64,000 nt of DNA from Folioceros fuciformis. Taxonomy: Eukaryota. The stretch's first letter is position 1; every line of letters begins with the position of its first letter. The translations under genes were made by a program, and so were the position numbers. The DNA lies in contig JBNGIO010005803.1 in NCBI GenBank assembly GCA_049999805.1, positions 77,203-141,202 on the forward strand, read 5' to 3'. This document shows positions 57,913 through 64,000 of the stretch, in pieces. The notes under the pieces were generated by a model. It was not told the origin of the DNA and searched no databases. It saw only the letters and a program-made list of their open reading frames with translations.

Positions 57913-60900
57913 ATGGCTGCCAGAGTCGTTTCACTTTGTTCGCAAAGAAGCAGAAGTCGACGCTGGCAACAGCCTTTCTGGATCTGGCAGAGGGAAATTG
58001 CTGGGACTGCAGGTCACGCTGGCCTGCTTTCAAGGTCTGAATTGGTAGCAGGAATGAGAGTGTCCAGGAGCTGCAGCAGTGAGGATGGACCCCGTGAGTA
58101 CTTTTGGCGACAGTCTTCTTCTGAGCATATATGTTACAAGTCAGCTTGGGCAGACGCACAGCATGCTGCTTTCGAAATGCAGGTGGGTCAGCTTGCCCCT
58201 GCATTCAGCTGGACCTTGACGGATCATCCCGACCCTTGCAGATGTCCAGGATATGAAGGGATGGTGGATGGTGAAACAGTGAGCAAACTGTGTGAGCAGG
58301 GGCAAGTCTCCGAGGCTGTGGAGGCTCTGGGAGTTCTGGTGCACACAGATTGGCATATTCCACAATCTCTGTTTCATACTGTCCTGAAAACCTGTGCGGT
58401 GAACAAGCATCTGGTTCTGGGTCGCCGTGTCCATGCTCTCAGCGTGTGGAAGGGGTATGAATCGGACAGGTTCTTGTGCAACCATATGTTACGAATGTAT
58501 GCCTCTCATGGCAGGTTGCAAGAAGCGATGGATGTGTTCAACCAGATTGCAGAACCAAATGCCTACATGTGGTCCTCCATAATTTCCTCACACGTTAGAC
58601 ATGGGCAAGCTAAGCAGGGCATACAACTCTATAAGCAGATGCGCAAGTCGTCTGTGAAGGCAGATGGCCACGTGTTTGTGGCAGCCTTGCAGGCTTGTGC
58701 AAAGGGAGAAGACTTAAAAGCTGGTCAGCAGGTGCATACTGACGTGCTGGCCAGTGGAATTGAGCCCACTCTATTTGTTACTAATGGCTTAGTGGATATG
58801 TATGCAAAGTGTAAGAGTTTGGAAGATGCTCGCCGTGTGTTTGACGGGCTTGTCCACAAGGATGTGGTGACATGGAATGCCATGATAGCAGGATATTCTC
58901 AGCAAGGCATGGCTGCGGAATCCCTCCATCTTTACAGTGTTATGCAAGGAGAAGGCATTTTGACACCTAATGCCGTAACATTTGTGTGCCTTCTACAGGC
59001 TTGTGCAGCCGTGGGAGCCCCGGCTCTGGAGAAGGGGAGGCTGCTTCATGCACAGCTTCGAGAACAGGGATTTCAGGATGATGCAGTTGTGGGCTGTAGC
59101 CTGGTTCACATGTATGCAAAGTGCGGCAGCCTTGAGGATGCTGGGAGTCTGTTCGACAGACTGTCGCAGAAAGATGTGGTGACATGGACTGCCCTCATAG
59201 CAGGGTATTCCCAGCAGGGTAGGGGAAAGGAAGCACTCCAGCTGTACAGTGAAATGCAAGACGAATGCATTGCTCCAGCCAACTGTGTTACGTTTGTGTG
59301 CCTCTTGCAGGCATGTGCATGTGTGGGTGTCCCAGCTCTGGAGAAGGGAAAGCAACTCCATGCACAGATTCGAGAACAAGGCCTTCAGGACGATGCGTTT
59401 GTAGGTTGCGGCCTTGTAAACATGTACTCAAAGTGTGGCAGTGTCCAGGACGCTAAGATGGTGTTTGACAAACTTGGTAAAAAAGATGTAGTGACGTGGA
59501 CCGCTCTGATAGCAGGATACTCCCAGCAGGGCTTGGGTGAGGAAGCTCTTAATATCTACAGTGCTATGCAACAAGAAGGGGTCACTCCACCCAATTCGGT
59601 AACATTTTTGTGCCTCCTACAGGCATGTGCGAACGTGGGTATCCTGGCTTTGGAGAAGGGAAGGCAGCTGCATGCTCAGATTGGGGAACAACTGTTTCAG
59701 GCTGATGTGTTCATGAGTTGCAGCCTGATGAACATGTATGCAAAGTGCGGCAGCATAGAGGATGCGCAATGCGTGTTTGACGCGCTTGTCCAGAAAGATG
59801 TCGTGACATGGACTACTCTGATAGCAGGGTATGCGCAGCACGGCATGGTTGAGGAAGCCCTCCATCTCTACATTGGTATGTGCAGGGAAGGTATCACTCC
59901 AGTCGATTCTGTGACCTTCGTGTGCCTCCTCCAGGCATGTGCAAACGTAGGGGCTCCGGCTTTGGAAACGGGGAAGCTGATTCACACACAGGTTGGAGAA
60001 CAGGGACTCCAAACTGACACGGTTGTAGGTTGCAGTCTGGTGAACATGTATGCCAAGTGCGGCAGCCTTGTGGATGCCCGGGGCGTGTTTGATGGGCTCG
60101 TTGATAAAACTGTGGTGACGTGGACGGCCATGATAGCTGGATATTCCCAGCAGGGTATGGATGAGGAAGCCCTCAATCTGTACAGAAGCATGCGAGAAGA
60201 AAGTACAATCCTCCCCAACTCTGTGACATTTGTCTGCCTCCTGCAGGCATGTGCAAGTGTAGCAGCATTGCATTCGGGAAGACAGCTTCATTCTGAGATT
60301 AAAGAAAAAGGCCTGGAAAGAGATCCCACGGTGGCCCTCAGTTTGATTACCATGTACGCAAAGTCCGGAAGCATGGTTGATGCACAGCTAGTTTTTGATA
60401 GATTGGCCGAAAGAGATGTCGTCATTTGGAGTGCGCTTATTGCAGGATATGCCCGTCAAGGAGCTAGTGAAGTAGTCTTCGACTTGGTTCACAAGATGAA
60501 GGAGGATGCCATACAACCGGATGGCGTTACATTCCTCGGTGTCCTGACAGTATGCAGTCATGCTGGTCTTGTGCACAAGGGACAGAAGTATTTTGAAACT
60601 ATGAGCAGACACTTTGGCATCACTCCCTCTGCAGAGCACTACACCTGTATGGTAGATCTCCTGGGTCGAGCAGGTCATCTGTACGAGGCACTTGCAGTGA
60701 TAAAAGCAATGCCTGCTCTGCCTCATGCTGCAACTTGGCACACACTGTTAGGTGCTTGTCGGAAGTGGGGCAACGTGGAGGTGGGACTCCATGCATTCCA
60801 TGAGGCAGTGAAGATAAACGAAAAGGATGCCGAAGCGTATGTGTCGATGTCAAACATATTTACCCGTGCCCAGATGTGGGAGGAGGCACAGAGGATTCAG

Positions 60901-61119
60901 ACCAGGAGGAAAGGACTTGGGGCATGGAAGCAACCAGGGCAGAGCCGGTGGACAGACATGGACGGACTGGTGCATACCTTTCTCGTCGGAGACAAAGAGC
61001 ACCGCGAGACTGAAGGTATATATCTAAGGCTGAGGCAGCTCGTTTCGCAAACCAAGAGAGCAAAGTGTGCGGCTGTCTCTCCGGACAGGTGCTCAGCGGC
61101 TGTAGACTGGGAGAGCTAG
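57913..61119 (+). CDS. Intronless PLS-PPR protein, E1-E2 plus truncated DYW:WW domain (E+), no deaminase site
   Basis: KQPGQSRWTDMDGLVHTFLVGDKEH..IYLRLR followed by stop. Start MAARVVSL at 57913 (alternative ATGs 57901/57904); Arg/Ser-rich presequence-like N-terminus. Confidence 0.93.
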   Translation: MAARVVSLCSQRSRSRRWQQPFWIWQREIAGTAGHAGLLSRSELVAGMRVSRSCSSEDGPREYFWRQSSSEHICYKSAWADAQHAAFEMQVGQLAPAFSWTLTDHPDPCRCPGYEGMVDGETVSKLCEQGQVSEAVEALGVLVHTDWHIPQSLFHTVLKTCAVNKHLVLGRRVHALSVWKGYESDRFLCNHMLRMYASHGRLQEAMDVFNQIAEPNAYMWSSIISSHVRHGQAKQGIQLYKQMRKSSVKADGHVFVAALQACAKGEDLKAGQQVHTDVLASGIEPTLFVTNGLVDMYAKCKSLEDARRVFDGLVHKDVVTWNAMIAGYSQQGMAAESLHLYSVMQGEGILTPNAVTFVCLLQACAAVGAPALEKGRLLHAQLREQGFQDDAVVGCSLVHMYAKCGSLEDAGSLFDRLSQKDVVTWTALIAGYSQQGRGKEALQLYSEMQDECIAPANCVTFVCLLQACACVGVPALEKGKQLHAQIREQGLQDDAFVGCGLVNMYSKCGSVQDAKMVFDKLGKKDVVTWTALIAGYSQQGLGEEALNIYSAMQQEGVTPPNSVTFLCLLQACANVGILALEKGRQLHAQIGEQLFQADVFMSCSLMNMYAKCGSIEDAQCVFDALVQKDVVTWTTLIAGYAQHGMVEEALHLYIGMCREGITPVDSVTFVCLLQACANVGAPALETGKLIHTQVGEQGLQTDTVVGCSLVNMYAKCGSLVDARGVFDGLVDKTVVTWTAMIAGYSQQGMDEEALNLYRSMREESTILPNSVTFVCLLQACASVAALHSGRQLHSEIKEKGLERDPTVALSLITMYAKSGSMVDAQLVFDRLAERDVVIWSALIAGYARQGASEVVFDLVHKMKEDAIQPDGVTFLGVLTVCSHAGLVHKGQKYFETMSRHFGITPSAEHYTCMVDLLGRAGHLYEALAVIKAMPALPHAATWHTLLGACRKWGNVEVGLHAFHEAVKINEKDAEAYVSMSNIFTRAQMWEEAQRIQTRRKGLGAWKQPGQSRWTDMDGLVHTFLVGDKEHRETEGIYLRLRQLVSQTKRAKCAAVSPDRCSAAVDWES

Positions 61120-61574
61120 CAGATATGGCAAACTGTAGACTAACACAATGTGGAATGGCATGAACAAAGGGAGGTTACGGGCCTTCATTTGTTGCAGAAT
61201 GAAGGCAATGGATTCCTACAGATTGGCTGCACGCACTACCGTTGAGGCAAACTCGAGCCCTACGGCGTACCTAGCCAAACTCGAGCTACGAACATTGTCC
61301 AACCACACGCGGACCCGATGGCGTGCTGATTCCGAGTCACTGACTTCGAGCTCTGATGTTGTACGCGGGAAATCGCGGTCCCGCCATTATCAACCTTCGG
61401 AAAGAGTTGGAAAATCACCTCCCTACACTGCAGGCGACTCCTTAAACTCGTCAAGTTATTGCAAGCTTGTGTGCAGTCGTGGGGTCCACCACTCTGACAC
61501 CCGTAGCCGATGGAGCGATCATGCCCTCGGTGGAGTGTGGCATGCACATAGTCATTACCTCATACATCCAAAGC

Positions 61575-61686
61575 CAACTCACATATGCCAGTGTATGCCG
61601 GGGTCGAAACAACTCACATACCCCAGTGTATGCCGGGTTGAAACAACTCACATACGCCAGTGTATGCCGGGGTCGAAACAACTCAT
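61575..61686. repeat. ~35-bp tandem repeat x3
   Basis: caactcacata..ccagtgtatgccggg(g)t(c/t)gaaa head-to-tail with no spacers. Confidence 0.9.
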
Positions 61687-62682
61687 GGACGGCGTTGCCA
61701 TAGTTTGCGAGGTACATTCTAACCTTATGTGGCAAACACTTCACATCCCGTTTTTAAGTAAGGGTGTTTGTTTCCTTCAATATCAAAGAGAATTTCCCTT
61801 TAGTACCAAAGAGAAGTACAAAGGGCTCATTCTGAAGCTCACGTCAAGAGCTTTCTTCTGAATCAAGAATCTAAGTATACGAGTAAACATGGAGTCAGAA
61901 AATTATATTCAAAGAACGAGTTGCTTGCTATCTTCTTTGACACATAGCAAGACATATACTGAACCATAATAGCTTTTTCTGAAGCCTATAGTAAGACCAT
62001 TTTTTCTAATCCATTCTTACACCCTAAGAATCAGTATAGACGCTGGTATAGACATTCAAAGAACTCATAACAAAGGATAAGTTGGTTTTCTTCTTTCACA
62101 CACAGCTCGAGATATCTTCAACAAAAACATGGTACATATGACTCATTTTGAAGCTTGAATTGAGAGTGGTTTTTTAAATCAAGGCATGGAGTTTATGGGT
62201 AAGTATGGAGACTACAAAAACCATTCAAAGATATGATGATAGAAGCTAGTTATTGACGAAGATCACACTTGATTCTCATCTCACAGGAGGATCACAGGAG
62301 GACTGTGGATTTCTCCTTTCTCATCTTCTTCAGATGCTTCTAGCTATTTGCAAGCTCAACAATGCTCTTTTCCCGTTTCAAACTATCGCCAAGACCAATG
62401 TCCATTTTGTTGAGCTGAACAAAATTCAAGGTTTGTGCTCCACATAATCGAACTTCTACTTATCGAAGTTGACATAACAGAATGTTGGCTTCAACATATG
62501 CATGCTGAAGCAAAGAAGGATTTGTAGATTGTACAAGATCTTGCAGTGCTTGAATGGTATACTCCCAGTCTTTGTATGAGCATTTTTATGGCATAGCTTG
62601 AGGGTTGTTAGAAGCTTGCACCCCTTTAACACATGATGTGTCCTCTCCTACATGACAAGGTTCGGTGTTTGTTGAAGTACTA

Positions 62683-64000
62683 TTACGTACAAGCGTGAGA
62701 AGGAGGTCCCGAGTTGAATGCAATTGCCCTTTCAGTTTGTAATACCTTTGCTTGGTGTTTGTAGAAAAAGCCTTGCATTCCTCTAAGACAATTGCAGCAT
62801 GCCCTGTCCCCTACAAGATTGTAAATTGTGTACATCAACCTTTTATCTTTGCAACTTTGCACAAGAGCTGGTTCTTGATCGTTAGTAGGAAGTGTAACAT
62901 AGTCCTCAGGTATAGAAAGAGAGCCCCTCACTACATTTTCAATAATCACCTCCATTGTGCTTGAAGCCATGTTGTGTTGTAAAGTGCTTGTGCCAATACA
63001 CTTTGCATACTGTATCCGTTAGTGTATGGAGCAACAAATTCATACGCCGACCTCGTAGACAAATAAAATCATGGCTCAACATGGACTTTAAGAAGCCATG
63101 CCAAGCTTCAATTGATGAATTGCAGTCCTGGCCAGCATGTGGTATGGTCCTGGAATGCCACGTAGGTAGCACCCCCTCCCACTGATTCTTGAAGTACTAA
63201 ATAAACTCTAGAGCTTCTCTTTCATAATCCACATATAAGTATTGTAGCATCTTCCTAGCCTTAGCTTCTGTGTGCCAACGACGAGAAACGTACATGATGT
63301 CACCAAACTAAAGATTGCCACTCTTGTCCTCCACTGCATAACCTTAAGCAAAAGGTGACATAGCCAACATTTTCTAACATGCCATAAACATAGCAAGATT
63401 TGCACAGCCTCCCCCCATATGGTCCGTACACCACCTATTTCATCCACAAGGAAAGCACTGGGATACCATAGTGGACTATGATGCTGCATATGCATTTGAA
63501 ATGCATACAACCACGCCTAGATATCCTCCAGTTTACCACTATCCATGATAATCCAAGCAACAGGAACTCCACTATAGTAATTATCACAAACCAACAAGGT
63601 GTACAAGTAGAACTTGTACTTATTAGTGTCAAAAGTGGCATCAAGGGAGATCACACTATTATTTTCAAATTGAAGCACCATAGACATGTGAAAAGCTCTT
63701 TGCACCCCTAGTGTAAAGGAGCTTGAATTGGAATGGTACCATACGATGTTATTGTGAGCTTCTATCCACATCTACACACTTACCTCATTATTCGGATGAT
63801 ACTGGTAAAAGCCTGTGGTAATAGCTGATGCAATGTTATCAATGTCATGAGGTTGAAGGAAGTCATCACGACAAGGTTCATAACCACATGTGAGTGCTTT
63901 CAAATCCACTCTTTGAACGTTCTTCAAATAGATTTGTCTTTTAGTGACTCCTGCAAAAAGTCTGTGTTGGAGAGTCTTAACATCTTGCCTTTACGTTTCC
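62683..64000 (-). mobile_element. Decayed MULE (Mutator-like) transposase with SWIM zinc finger; continues beyond the window
   Basis: ISLDATFDTNKYKFYLYTLLVCD..GVPVAWII, FLVDE, LLCLWHVRKCW, NSSIEAWHGFLK and CNC..G.....KH, split by frameshifts and stops. Confidence 0.85.

Noticed and set aside
54300-61100. Many 60-220-aa antisense or shifted ORFs over the PPR genes (likewise over TOR and EID1)
   Set aside because: They are shadows of repetitive, codon-biased coding sequence.
61575-61686. Repeats ending in GTTGAAAC/GTCGAAAC like CRISPR repeats
   Set aside because: The units are head-to-tail with no spacers, so this is a plain minisatellite.
61148-61861. 237-aa ORF downstream of the + strand PPR as a detached DYW domain or separate gene
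   Set aside because: No HxE/CxxC deaminase motifs or other recognisable domain, and it includes the 35-bp minisatellite.

Overview
Gene-dense nuclear DNA of a land plant. It is most likely a hornwort: introns are mostly 75-150 bp, and PLS-PPR proteins of both the DYW:KP and DYW:WW types occur together (inference, not proof). The left half holds ordinary genes: a WRN/WEX-like DEDDy exonuclease (5'-partial, with Trp-rich repeats), DOMINO1/DCL-like, NAA50, an intact DYW:KP PPR protein (candidate U-to-C organellar RNA editor), dolichol kinase, and a complete TOR kinase of about 55 introns with an N-terminal polyQ/His extension and a 5-codon uORF. The right half is accessory: a WW-type PPR pseudogene, an EID1 F-box gene, an F-box relic, a KP-like PPR relic, a gag-like relic, a 100-N gap, satellites, a head-to-head pair of deaminase-less WW-type PPR genes and a decayed MULE/SWIM transposase. 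The most unusual part is a non-coding locus at 43.3-45.9 kb that the ORF track does not explain. A telo-box/TATA promoter is followed on + by four paralogous box C/D snoRNAs (SNORD12/snR190-like, predicted target LSU G2395-equivalent). It is preceded by an array of four ~150-nt fold-backs that look like a polycistronic pre-miRNA/hairpin-RNA cluster on the - strand. All similarity calls come from motif recognition by eye; no database searches were run.
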